Assembly (NCBI GenBank): GCA_963831175.1
Contig: CAWHOZ010000006.1
Location: 15,833-79,832, forward strand
Direction: 5' to 3'
Length of the DNA: 64,000 nucleotides
Origin: an uncultured Alphaproteobacteria bacterium
GTDB lineage: Bacteria; Pseudomonadota; Alphaproteobacteria; Rhizobiales; Hyphomicrobiaceae
The translations under genes and the position numbers were made by a program. Below the pieces are notes generated by a model. It was not told the origin of the DNA. It did not search any database and saw only the letters and a list, made by a program, of their open reading frames with translations. Shown piece after piece: positions 10,350-20,814 of the stretch (its first letter is position 1; each line of letters opens with the position of its first letter).

Positions 10350-12002
10350 CTACTTCGGTGCAAGCAGGGTGAGCGGCCAGACGTAGGCTTGGCCCATGAC
10401 GAGAAGCCCAACGAGTGTCGCCAGCGCGACCGAATGGAAGAATACAAAACGCAATATCGAGCCTTCGTGCCCGTACCACCGCGTCGCCGTCGAGGCGACG
10501 ACAATAGATTGCGCATCCACCATCTTGCCCATGACGCCGCCCGAGCTGTTGGCGGCCGCCATCAGAACCGGGTTGATGCCGAGCTGCTCGGCCGTGACGC
10601 GCTGCAGACCGCCGAAGAGCACGTTCGAGGACGTGTCCGAGCCAGTCAGTGTGACGCCTAGCCAGCCGATGAGCGTGCCGAACAGCGGATAGAGCCAGCC
10701 GGTGTTGGCCAATGCGAGGCCGAGCGTCGCATCGGCGCCCGAGTAGCGCGTCACGAAGCCGATCGCGAGCATGCAGGCTATCGTGAGCAGCGAGAAGCGG
10801 ACGAGGTAGATCGTGCGAGCGTACATCAGCACGAGGTTCCGAGCGCTGTAGCCGAGGAAGAGCCCCGAGACGAGAGCGGCTAAGAGGATGCCCGTCCCCG
10901 TAGCCGACAGGAGATTGAAATTGTAGACCGCGGTTTCGATGTGCGGTTGCGCGACGATGGGTGGCATCTTCTGCACGAGCTCGTGCAGTCCTACGACGGG
11001 GACCTTCGTCACCCAGACGCTATCGAGTGCAGCCCGGACTTGTGGCGTGCCCCACAGGAATACAAACACACTGAGGATGAGCCAGGGCGTCCAAGCTCGC
11101 CGGATCGCTGCGAGGGAATCGCTCGGGGCACGATCGGCGATCGGGCTCTTCGGTTCGCTGCCATCGCCGACCGGCATCGCGGTCATCGGGTTCGCCGGCC
11201 GCCAGACTTTGAGAAATAGCGCGAGAGAAGCCATCGAGACGATGGCTGCGATGACGTCGACGAGCCAGGGACCATGAAAGTTTGAAACGAGGTACTGCGG
11301 TATCGCGAACGACAACCCGGCGACGAGAATTGGAGGCCATATTTCCAGTGTTTTGCGCAAGCCTACGAACGCGGCGATGAGCCAGAACGGCACGATAAGC
11401 GAGAAGAAGGGAAGTTGACGGCCGACCATGCCGCTGAGCTCGTGAAGGTCTAACCCCGTCACTGCGGACAGGGCGATGATAGGCGCGCCAAGCGCGCCAA
11501 AAGCCACCGGCGCCGTGTTGGCGATCAGCGAAAGGCCGGACGCGGCGAGCGGCGCAAATCCCAAGCCCATCAGCATTGCCGCTGTGACCGCTACGGGTGT
11601 GCCGAAGCCGGCGGCGCCCTCGAAAAAAGCCCCCAGACAGAAGGCCACGAAGAGGACTTGCAGGCGCCGATCATCGCTGATGGTGCCGATTGAGCGCCGC
11701 AAGACCTCGAACTCACCCTTCTCGCTCGTGAGTTGATAGAGGAAGATGACGTTGAGGATGATCCAACCGATGGGCAGCAGGCCGAACGCTGCGCCGTAGA
11801 CCGCGGCAAGTCCTGCCATCTCGGCCGGCATGCCGTACGCGAGGATCACCACGGCAAGGGCTGCAGCAAGCCCGGCAATGGCGGCCACGTGCGCCCGTAG
11901 TTTGAGAACCCCGATCCCTCCCAGGAGCACGATGACCGGGAACGCAGCCACTGCGGTCGACAGGATCATGCTGCCGAAAGGGTCATAAATCTGCGACCAC
12001 AT
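10350..12002 (-). CDS. lctP: L-lactate/glycolate permease (LctP family)
   Basis: 550 aa polytopic protein; DRRLQ, GAFFEGAAGFGTP, ANTAPVAFG, TGSDTSSN and GGVMGKM. Confidence 0.95.
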   Translation of the reverse strand: MWSQIYDPFGSMILSTAVAAFPVIVLLGGIGVLKLRAHVAAIAGLAAALAVVILAYGMPAEMAGLAAVYGAAFGLLPIGWIILNVIFLYQLTSEKGEFEVLRRSIGTISDDRRLQVLFVAFCLGAFFEGAAGFGTPVAVTAAMLMGLGFAPLAASGLSLIANTAPVAFGALGAPIIALSAVTGLDLHELSGMVGRQLPFFSLIVPFWLIAAFVGLRKTLEIWPPILVAGLSFAIPQYLVSNFHGPWLVDVIAAIVSMASLALFLKVWRPANPMTAMPVGDGSEPKSPIADRAPSDSLAAIRRAWTPWLILSVFVFLWGTPQVRAALDSVWVTKVPVVGLHELVQKMPPIVAQPHIETAVYNFNLLSATGTGILLAALVSGLFLGYSARNLVLMYARTIYLVRFSLLTIACMLAIGFVTRYSGADATLGLALANTGWLYPLFGTLIGWLGVTLTGSDTSSNVLFGGLQRVTAEQLGINPVLMAAANSSGGVMGKMVDAQSIVVASTATRWYGHEGSILRFVFFHSVALATLVGLLVMGQAYVWPLTLLAPK

Positions 12003-12276
12003 GCGACGTGCCCCCCAAGCAGTCGAAGATCAGACCCAATTCCGCAGCGCGAGCGGTTGGCGTGAGACGTGCCGCGTCGTCAGAGCCGCGTGCAGTTCGC
12101 GCCACGCTCTCTATACACGTGCGTTGGGGGTGCGATCAGCTCGAACGTTCGCCCATCATTCGCAACGGCGAAGGGGGCGGCTGGAGCTGCTTTCCGGTAT
12201 GTTGTGCGAGGAGACGGATCCGGCTGCGCCAGAAAGCCAGCAAATCACAACGAAATCAATTTCCTACGAAAAAACC

Positions 12277-12352
12277 TGGTGGAGCCGAGGGGAATCGAAC
12301 CCCTGACCTCTGCAGTGCGATTGCAGCGCTCTCCCATCTGAGCTACGGCCCC
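12277..12352 (-). tRNA. tRNA-Ala (anticodon CGC)
   Basis: 76 nt GGGGCCGTAGCTCAG...CTGCA-ATCGCAC-TGCAG...GGTTCGATTCC...CTCCACCA; cloverleaf, G3-U70 pair, encoded CCA. Confidence 0.97.
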
Positions 12353-12495
12353 GGGCAGTTCGGCGGCATTTAGAGGGCCACCCCAAATCTTGTCAAGGAA
12401 CGCGCCGAAAGCCCGTCGCGCCGGGCCGGGCGCGCTTGCGAGGTGCCGCCGTCAGAGGTTACAGGTGGCGCCGACAGAACCTGGAGCGCGGCACG

Positions 12496-12801
12496 ATGGT
12501 CCTCCTTCGCCTTATCGATTTCCTCGGCTACCTCATTCAGCTCTACGTCTACGTCATCATCGCCAGCGTCATCCTCAGCTGGCTGATGGCCTTCGGCGTC
12601 GTCAACCCGTACAACCCGACCGTCCGCGCCATCTGGCAGGGGCTCAACGCCGTCACCGAGCCGCTGCTGCGCCCCATCCGCAACATGCTGCCGAACATGG
12701 GCGCCATCGACATCGCGCCGATCGTGCTGCTGCTCGCCTGCTTCTTCGTGCAAAGCGTCGTGCTGGGGTCGCTGCGCGACCTCCTCGTCACCGCCGGCTG
12801 A
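12496..12801 (+). CDS. yggT: YggT-family membrane protein
   Basis: ILSWL, NPYNP, TEPLLRPIR and IDIAPI. Confidence 0.92.
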   Translation: MVLLRLIDFLGYLIQLYVYVIIASVILSWLMAFGVVNPYNPTVRAIWQGLNAVTEPLLRPIRNMLPNMGAIDIAPIVLLLACFFVQSVVLGSLRDLLVTAG

Positions 12802-12809
12802 GCGCCTCG

Positions 12810-13133
12810 ATGACGGGCGCCGAGCAACCATGGCGGGCAGGAAACGGGTGCGTCATCGTGCGCGTGCGCCTAACGCCAAAATCCTCGATAGAAGGCGTCG
12901 ACGGCGTCGCCCCTAGCGCGGAGGGAGCAGCGCTTGCCGCCCGCGTTCGCGCGGTGCCGGCCGAGGGCGAAGCCAACGCGGCGGTGGAAAAGCTCATCGC
13001 CCGCTGGCTCGACGTGCCGAAGAGCACGGTCCGGGTGACGGCGGGGGCAAAGTCCCGCATCAAGTCGCTCACCATCAGCGGGGAAACGCATTGCCTCGAG
13101 CAGCGCCTCAGGGCCAAGCTCGCGCCTGCTTGA
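12810..13133 (+). CDS. DUF167 (YggU) family protein
   Basis: VRLTPKSS, VRAVPAEGEAN and GAKSRIK; usual yggT-DUF167-folD synteny. Confidence 0.9.
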   Translation: MTGAEQPWRAGNGCVIVRVRLTPKSSIEGVDGVAPSAEGAALAARVRAVPAEGEANAAVEKLIARWLDVPKSTVRVTAGAKSRIKSLTISGETHCLEQRLRAKLAPA

Positions 13134-13178
13134 TCAAGTGGGTGGCACCATGATCGATCCGAGGGAGGAAGTTTCTCA

Positions 13179-14063
13179 ATGACCGCTTACGTCATCGACG
13201 GCAAGGCAATCGCCGCCAAGGTGCGCTCCGACGTTGCCGCCGACGTGGCATTGCTCAAATCGCAGCACGGCTTCGTGCCCGGCCTTGCCGTGGTGCTGGT
13301 CGGCGAGGATCCGGCCAGCAAGGTCTACGTGCGCAACAAGGCGGCGCAGACCGTCGAAGTCGGCATGCAGTCGTTCGAGCACAAGCTCGCCGAGGACACG
13401 CCCGAGCAGGTGGTGCTCGACCTCGTCGCCAAGCTGAATGCCGATCCGAACGTCAACGGCATCCTCGTGCAGATGCCGCTGCCCAAGCACATGGACTCCA
13501 ACAAGGTGCTGGAGCTGATCGACCCGCTGAAGGACGTCGATGGCTTCCACCCGATGAACGTCGGCCGTCTGTCGATCGGCGAGCGCGCGCTGGCGCCCTG
13601 CACGCCCGTCGGCTCGATCATCCTGGCAAAGTCGGTGAAGCACGACCTGTCGGGCCTCAATGCCGTCGTCGTCGGCCGCTCCAACATCGTCGGCAAGCCG
13701 ATGGCACAGCTGCTGCTGCGTGAGAACTGCACGGTGACCATCGCGCATTCGCGCACCAAGGATCTTCCCGCTGTCGTGCGCAGCGCCGATCTCGTCGTCG
13801 CCGCCATCGGCAAGCCGGAGTTCGTCAAGGGCGACTGGATCAAGCCGGGCGCCATCGTCATCGACGTCGGCATCAACCGCATCCTGAAGCCGGACGGCAA
13901 GGGCAAGATCGTCGGCGACGTCGACTTCGCCGAGGCCGTCAAGGTAGCGGGTGCCATCACGCCGGTGCCGGGCGGCGTCGGCCCGATGACCATCGCCTGC
14001 CTCCTGAAGAATACGGTCGAGGCGGCGCTGATGCAGCGTGGCTTGCGGGCCAAAGCGGCCTGA
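13179..14063 (+). CDS. folD: Methylene-THF dehydrogenase/cyclohydrolase
   Basis: [30 protein letters not shown] and [11 protein letters not shown]. Confidence 0.98.
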   Translation: MTAYVIDGKAIAAKVRSDVAADVALLKSQHGFVPGLAVVLVGEDPASKVYVRNKAAQTVEVGMQSFEHKLAEDTPEQVVLDLVAKLNADPNVNGILVQMPLPKHMDSNKVLELIDPLKDVDGFHPMNVGRLSIGERALAPCTPVGSIILAKSVKHDLSGLNAVVVGRSNIVGKPMAQLLLRENCTVTIAHSRTKDLPAVVRSADLVVAAIGKPEFVKGDWIKPGAIVIDVGINRILKPDGKGKIVGDVDFAEAVKVAGAITPVPGGVGPMTIACLLKNTVEAALMQRGLRAKAA

Positions 14064-14093
14064 CGCTGGCAGTGGGCAGTGGCGATCACCCGC

Positions 14094-15622
14094 CTACGCG
14101 GCCTTGATCTGCCGTAACGTCTCGCCGCGATAGCTGAGCGCCTCGGCGACATGCAGGCGCCTGACGCTTTCCTCGCCGTCAAGATCGGCCAGCGTGCGTG
14201 CCACACGCATGGTGCGGTGGAAGCCACGCGCCGATAGATGCAGCGCGTCCGCCGCCTGTCGTAACAGCGCCGCGCCCTCCGCGTCGGGCGCGGCGATGTC
14301 CTCCAGCATGCGGCCGCTGCATTCGGCGTTGGTGCGCACGCCCTTGGCGCCTAGCCGGGCGAAGCGTGACAATTGAACTTCGCGAGCCCGGGCCACGCGC
14401 GCCCGCACCTGCGCACTGTCTTCGGTCGGCGCGGGTAAGATAAGATCGGCGGCGCTCACCGCCGGCACCTCGATCTGCAGATCGATGCGGTCGAGCAGCG
14501 GCCCGGAGATGCGCGCCTGATAGTCGGCCGCGCAGCGCGTCCCGCGCTTGCACGTGACGCCGGGGCCGGCGCCGCCGCACTTGCACGGGTTCATCGCCGC
14601 GACAAGCTGGATGCGCGATGGGTATGCGATGCGATGGTTGGCGCGTGCGATCACCGTCTCGCCGGTCTCCAGCGGCTGGCGCAGCGCGTCGAGCACGCCC
14701 GGCTGAAACTCCGGCAGCTCGTCGAGGAACAACACGCCGAGATGCGCTAGGCTAACCTCGCCCGGCCGTGGCCGCGTGCCGCCGCCAACGAGGGCCGCCA
14801 TGCTGGCCGAATGGTGCGGGCTGCGGAACGGCCGCTCCGTTGCCAGCTTGCCGCCCATCAGCTCGCCGGCGAGGCTGTGCACCATCGAGACGTCGAGCAT
14901 CTCCTCCGGCGACAGCGGCGGGAGGATCGACGGCAGCCGCGCCGCCAGCATCGATTTGCCGGCTCCCGGCGGTCCGATCATCAGAAGGTTGTGGCCGCCG
15001 GCGGCAGCGACCTCGAGCGCACGCTTGGCGCTCTCCTGGCCCTTGACGTCGGCGAGATCGGGCCGCACGCCGGTCTCCCTTTCCAAGCCGGGCTTGGGCC
15101 GCGCCAGCGTTTGCAGTCCCTTGAAGTGGTTGACCAGCGAGAGGAGATGCGGCGCCGCCAGGATGTCGACATCTTCGCCGGCCCACGCCGCCTCGGGGCC
15201 GCACGCCGCCGGGCAGATCAGCCCCTTGCCCATGGCATTGGCGCCGATGGCCGCCGGCAGCGCGCCCGGCACCGAGCGGATCGAGCCGTCGAGGGCCAGT
15301 TCGCCGATCGCCGCGTAGCCGGCGACGGCATCCGGCGCCACCGCCTCCATGGCCACCATCATGGCGAGCAGGATCGGCAGATCGAACTGGCTGCCTTCCT
15401 TCGGCAGATCGGCCGGCGCAAGGTTTACGGTCACGTGCTTGTAGGGCAGGCCGAGGCCGACGGCGTGCAGCGCGTTGCGCACGCGCTCTGTGCTTTCCGC
15501 CACCGCCTTGTCGGGCAATCCGACGATGACGAGGGCATGGCGCCCGGCGTGATGCGCACCTGCACCTCGACGGGGCGCGCTTCGATGCCGACGAATGCGA
15601 GGGTGGAGATCTGCCCGTACAT
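14094..15622 (-). CDS. comM: YifB/ComM Mg-chelatase-like AAA+ ATPase (frameshift near 15540)
   Basis: IVGLPDKAV.ES.ERV, NLAPADLPKEG, GPPGAGKS, PFRSPHH, LFLDELPEF and AAMNPC; N-terminus MYGQISTLAF in ORF 15431-15655. Confidence 0.93.
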
Positions 15623-15683
15623 GCCCGCCCCAAAGGCCAGCCAAGGCCTATGCAACCGTAGCTTTAGCCATCTCGGCCATCAA

Positions 15684-15698
15684 GAACATTTTGGGAAC
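15684..15698 (-). promoter_or_regulatory. Alphaproteobacterial LexA (SOS) box GTTC-N7-GTTC upstream of comM
   Basis: Plus strand GAAC-attttgg-GAAC, about 60 bp upstream of the comM start; matches the alphaproteobacterial consensus. Confidence 0.8.
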
Positions 15699-15724
15699 AC
15701 GCTCGTAAAGACGGGAGTTGTGCC

Positions 15725-16526
15725 CTAAGCCGCGCTGGGCAGCGGGCGCACGGCGAGCACCGTCGTGTTGTCCTGGTGCGGGTCGCGCATCGCCTCCACA
15801 GCACGGATCAGCGCATTGGCCACCGCCTCGGCGCCGTCGTTGGCGTAGGCCGACACGATGCGCTGGATCTCCGTGCCATCCAGCGTCTGCAGGCCGTCGC
15901 TGGCAAGGATGATGTAGTCGCCGTCCTCGAGCACCAGCGGCCGGCGCGAGACATCGACGAGATCGAGCTCATCGCCCGTCACCGCCGAGCGCAGCATGTG
16001 CCGGCGCGGGTCGGTCTTCGCCTGCTCGGGCGTGATGCGCCCCAACGCGGCGAGCCGGTCGAGCTCGGGCGCCAGCGAATGGTCCTCGTTGAGCAGCGCG
16101 ATCTCGCCGCGGCGGAACAGCAGCAGCGGGCTGTCGCCGACGCTCACCCACTCGACGCCCTCGTTGCCGAACACGGCGGCGACGAGCGTCGTGCCCATGC
16201 CCGCCAGCGCGGGGTTCGCCCGCACCTGCGCGGCGATGGAATCGTTGGCGGAGGTCAGCGCCTTGATCAGCCGCTCGGGGCGCGAGCCGTTGAGGCCCGC
16301 GTAGGCGGAGATGAAGCTGTCGCACACCATGCGGCTGGCCAGCGCGCCGGCCGTGTGACCGCCCATGCCGTCGGCCAGCACGGCGACGAGCCTGGCCGCG
16401 TTGGCGGTCGGCGGCACGTCGGCGCCCCCGGCCGCCCGTATCCTTAGGCGGCCAGAACGCGCTCGAGTCTTCCTGGTAGTCTCTCGCGCCTTTGGTGGCG
16501 CGAGAGGCGTGGTCGAATGCCTGCAT
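15725..16526 (-). CDS. PP2C/PPM-family Ser/Thr protein phosphatase (frameshift near 16440)
   Basis: GARDYQED, LADGMGGH, MGTT, SVGDS, DHS, LASDGL and DNTT; start overlaps the upstream stop codon. Confidence 0.93.
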
Positions 16527-17342
16527 CAGTCCTTGGCATCGCTCAGCTCGGCCCAGTCGAACTCCGACCCGCAGAACGGCACGAACACGAGCTGGGTGCG
16601 CCCGATCGTGATGACGTCCATTTGGTGCAGCTCGACCGCTCCGGTGGGTCGCTTGTCGTTGATGGAAACGACGTTGGTCTTAGCTAAGTTCGGCACGAAC
16701 AGAAAAGATCGTGCGGCCGAATCATAGCGAATATAGGCCTGCTCTTCCGAGGAAATCGAATCGTCGCCGAAATCGAGCGGGATGCGCTGCGTGCTGGCGC
16801 GCCCGACCGTGTTGTTGCCCTCGAAGATGGGCCGGTACGAGCCCATGCCGGCGCCGCCGACGATGACCAGCCAGCCGACCACCGGATCCTGCGCGAACTC
16901 GCCGCGCTTCACCTGCACCTTGCCGCGCACGAGCTGCGTGCGGGGCGTGTCGTTTTCAACCTTCGGGGGGCCGCCGCGCACGACGCGCGTCGTCGGCGGG
17001 CGTGCCGAACTCGACGTGCTTGTCCTGCGGCTTCAGCGAGGTCTGGCCCTTCACCTCGCGCGCGGCCTCCGCTGCGCTGAGGCCGGCACCGGCCGCTGCA
17101 GGCGTCGCCGCCGGGGCGGCTTCGCTCTTGGCCGGCTCGGCCGCTGCCGCGGCAGGCTTCGGCGCCTCGGCCTTCGGCGCGAGCTGCGTCGTGGGCTCCG
17201 CCGACTTCGGCGCTGGCCCGCGCTGCGTGTCATCGCGGCTCGCCGCCGCGAGTGCGTCCTTCAGCGAGCCCAGGAACCGGCCCGGCTTCGTTCCCTGCTG
17301 AGACATGGTGACCTCCGTTACGCCTTGGCGCTCTTCCGACAT
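16526..17342 (-). CDS. FHA-domain protein with a Pro/Ala-rich N-terminus (frameshift near 17000)
   Basis: PVVGWLVIVGG.G.G, NTVGR, DDSIS and KTN..SIN; N-terminal part in ORF 16956-17342. Confidence 0.85.
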
Positions 17343-17421
17343 ATGCGTTCTCCTACCATGATAGACGACAAGGTTCGCGATATCTGCCGCAACCGCATGT
17401 GGAGGGTTGCGCGTTCCATCG

Positions 17422-17991
17422 CTAAACGGGCCTTGCGTCGAATTTCAGTTTCACCTCGCCGATGCTGATGACGTCGCCTTTGCCGAGGCGGGCTTCGCCG
17501 ACGCGCTTGCCGTTGATCAGCACGCCGTTGCCGTCGGCGCCGGAAAGGTCGGTGATGACGACGTCGCCGTCGGTCGTGCGCCGGATCACCGCGTGGTAGC
17601 GGTGCACCGTCTTCTCCGACCGACAGATGTCATTGTCGGCCTCGCGGCCGATGCGCAGCATGGCGCGTCCGATAACGTAACGCTGGCCGGCGCCGGCAAA
17701 CTCCACCCACGCCTCCGTCGGCCAGGCCGAGACTTCGTTGCGTGCCGTCACGCCGCTGCGCTGCGCCGCGTCGCCACGCAAGGATGGCCGCGAAATCAAT
17801 ACGGTAGAGTCGGGTGAGCGGCGCTGCCGGCGCATCATCAGGCCGGCGATGGCGAGCGGCGGCAGCGCCATCAGCACGGCGAGCACCAACATCAGCGCCG
17901 GCGCGCGATTGAAACTGTCGCCGAACCACGAATTGAGCTGCAGCCAGGCGTCGGCGGCGGATGGTGCAAGTGTGAAAAGGTCGGAAATCAC
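17422..17991 (-). CDS. Membrane-anchored FHA-domain protein
   Basis: TM helix (ALMLVLAVLMALPPLAIAGLMM) followed by RRQRR, then LRIGREADNDI, HRYHA, GNGVLING and GDVISIG; start uncertain. Confidence 0.85.
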   Translation of the reverse strand: MISDLFTLAPSAADAWLQLNSWFGDSFNRAPALMLVLAVLMALPPLAIAGLMMRRQRRSPDSTVLISRPSLRGDAAQRSGVTARNEVSAWPTEAWVEFAGAGQRYVIGRAMLRIGREADNDICRSEKTVHRYHAVIRRTTDGDVVITDLSGADGNGVLINGKRVGEARLGKGDVISIGEVKLKFDARPV

Positions 17992-18312
17992 CCTGCGCGT
18001 CCCGGCTCGGGTGTGCCCGCTGCAGAATGCAACATTGGCTTGGGAGATCGCGACGGTGGCAATCGACAGCTTCGGCAGTGGCGACCACGGCGATCTCATG
18101 GTCTTCGTCTCAGGGCAAATCAAAGTGCAGCGTCGGGCCGCATGACGGCAGGAACATGGCATTCGGCGCTGCAGCTCAGATTTGTTCGTAGCTTTGGCAT
18201 GCTCTAGCCGCCGCCACATTTGTGCGTCACAAGTGTGTCGGAGGCAGTACGGCAATTGACGAGCGGCGCGGCGCGTAGCATGCGAGCCTAATGACCGACG
18301 TCACGGAGAGCC

Positions 18313-20649
18313 ATGACGAATCTCATTGCGCTGCCAAGCGGGACCGAGCTGGTCGGCGACTACCGCATCGAGCGTGTGCTCGGCGCCGGTGGCTTCGGCG
18401 TGACTTATCTCGCCGACGAGATCGCGCTCGCCCGCATGGTCACGATCAAGGAGTATTTTCCGAGCGATATCGCCGCGCGTGACGGTGGCATCGATGCCGC
18501 GCCGCGCTCGCAGGACTGCGCCGGGGACTACCGCTGGGGTCTCGACCGCTTCATCGAGGAAGCGCAGACGCTCGCCAAGTTCGATCACACCAATATCGTG
18601 CGCGTCTATCGCTACTTCCGTGCCAACAACACCGGCTACATGGTTCTCCACTTCGAGGAGGGCCAGAGCCTCAAGGGATGGCTCAAGGGGTTGGGACGGG
18701 CGCCGCGGCAGAAAGAGCTCGACACCATCATCGGGCCGCTGCTCGACGCGCTCGAGCTGATCCACAAATCGGACTTTCTGCACCGCGACATCGCCCCCGA
18801 CAACATCATCATCCGCAAGTCGGGCGATCCGGTCCTCATCGACTTCGGCTCGGCGCGCGGCGAGATCGCCTCGCACACCAAGACCGTGTCGGCGCTCGTC
18901 AAGCCGGGGTACAGCCCCTACGAGCAGTATGCCGAGACGAGCCGCCAGCAGGGCCCGTGGACCGACATCTATGCGCTCGGCGGCACGCTCTATCACGCCG
19001 TCACCGGCAAGCGGCCGCCCGATGCGCCGTCGCGCATGGTCAAGGACGAGCTGTCCCGGCGCGTGAAGCGGCGCTCAGCTCTTATCGCGCTGGCTTCTTG
19101 AAGGCGATCGACAAGGCCTTGGCGCTCAACGTCGAGGCGCGGCCTCAGTCGATTCCCGCCTGGCGCGGCGATCTGCTGGCGCCCGATCCGGTGCGCGCCA
19201 GCTGGCTGACGCGGACGACCGGCGGCCGCAAGAACCGCAAGAAGGAAATGGAAGAGGCAGAGCCGGTTGCCCCCGTCGCCGCCAAGGCGCCCGCGGCAGC
19301 CGCTGCGCCGACACCGCCGCCGCCGGACGCCCCGGTCCAAAAGGCGGCCTGCTCGATTTTCTCGAGGGCCTGCGCAAGAAGCCGGAGGCCGACGGCGCGG
19401 CACCCGCTGCGCCGCAGCCAATTCAGATCGCTGCCGCGCCGGCTGCCGCTGCAACGGTGAAGCTCGAGGCGCCGCCGCCCCCGCCGGTGTTCAAGAAGAA
19501 ATCGCAGTCGAAGAAGCCGATCCCCAAGGAGCGTGCCCTCGTCGTCGTCAAGTCGCCGGCGCGCCCGCGGCCCGCCGCCTAAAGGGCAGCCGCCCCAGCC
19601 TATTGCCCATCGTCTTCAAGCTACTCGTCGGCGTCGGCGTCGCCAGCGCCGCCGTTGCCATGCAGGATCGCTTCCCGCAATTCGAAAGCCGCGGCTCCGC
19701 CGTCACCACCGGACAGCTGCAGGCCCAGCAACCGCAGCCGCCCGCGCTCGTCACTCCCATCGCCGAGTTCGAGGCGCACCGCGGATCGGTATCCGGCGCC
19801 GCCTATAGCGATGACGGCCGGCGCATCGTCACCACCGGCGCCGACGGCACGATGAAGGTGTGGGACGCCGGCCATCATACAATCGTTCGTACCGTCGAAC
19901 TCGACGATGGGCCGGCAACGTCGCTGGCGCTCAGCGGCTCGCGCGCCCTCACCGGCCACACCAACGGCAAGGTCGTGCTGTGGGACATCGATCGCGCCGA
20001 GAAGATCGCCACCGTGCAGCGTAACGAGGCGAACATCTGGGCTGTCGCCTTCACCGGCGATCCCAATCGCTTCGCCACCGCCAGTCACGACTGGAAGGTG
20101 ACGCTGTGGGATGCACGCCAGTCTGGCGCCCCGCTGCAGGTGCTCGACGGCCACGAGAATTCGGTGCAGGCGCTCGCCTATGCGCCGCAGCAGCTGCTGC
20201 TCGCCTCGGGCAGCGCCGACAAGACGGTGCGCGTGTGGGATCTCGATACGCTCAGCCTCAAGCGCAGCTATAGCGGTTCGCGCGACTTCGTCACCTCCGT
20301 CGCCTTCTCGCTGAACGGCAAGTTGCTCGCCGCCGGCGCTCTCGACGGCCGCATTCAGATCTGGTCGGTGCTGTCGTCGCGCCGCCTGCGCGCACTCAGC
20401 GGCCACCGGGGCCGCGTCGCCGATATCGCCTTCTCGCCCTCGGGCGATCAGCTCGCCTCGGCGGGAGAGGACGGCACGGTCCGGTTGTGGGACTTGCAGC
20501 GTGGACGCATCGTGCGCGCCCTGACCGGTCATGTCGGCGGCGCCACCGCCGTGGCCTTTGCGCCCGACGGGCAGCACCTTGCATCCGCCGGTGTCGATGG
20601 CCGCGTGCGCCTGTGGGCAATTCCGCTCGGCCAGCTCGCGCGGGAATAG
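18313..20649 (+). CDS. Hanks-type Ser/Thr kinase with a TM helix and C-terminal WD40 propeller (several frameshifts, 19050-19580)
   Basis: LGAGGFG, TIKE, HRDIAPDN, DFG and DIYALG; Pro/Ala linker; TM LLPIVFKLLVGVGVASAAVAM; about seven GH...WD repeats. Confidence 0.9.
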
Positions 20650-20814
20650 GCCGCGCGCTCCACACGTTAGACCGAGCGCGCCCGAGCCCAGCATCGCTTC
20701 TGCGCACAGCTTGTCACGCGAGACGGCGCGCCGCAGCTGCCTGTCTCGACGTGGTCGCCGAACCGCGCCACAATGCGGCGAGCTGTCCGAAAGAAGAAGA
20801 GCGAAGCGGGTGCC

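Noticed and set aside
19780-20620. Periodic ~125-bp similarity as a CRISPR array or DNA repeat
   Set aside because: It is protein-level WD40 repetition; there are no identical repeats with spacers and no cas genes in the window
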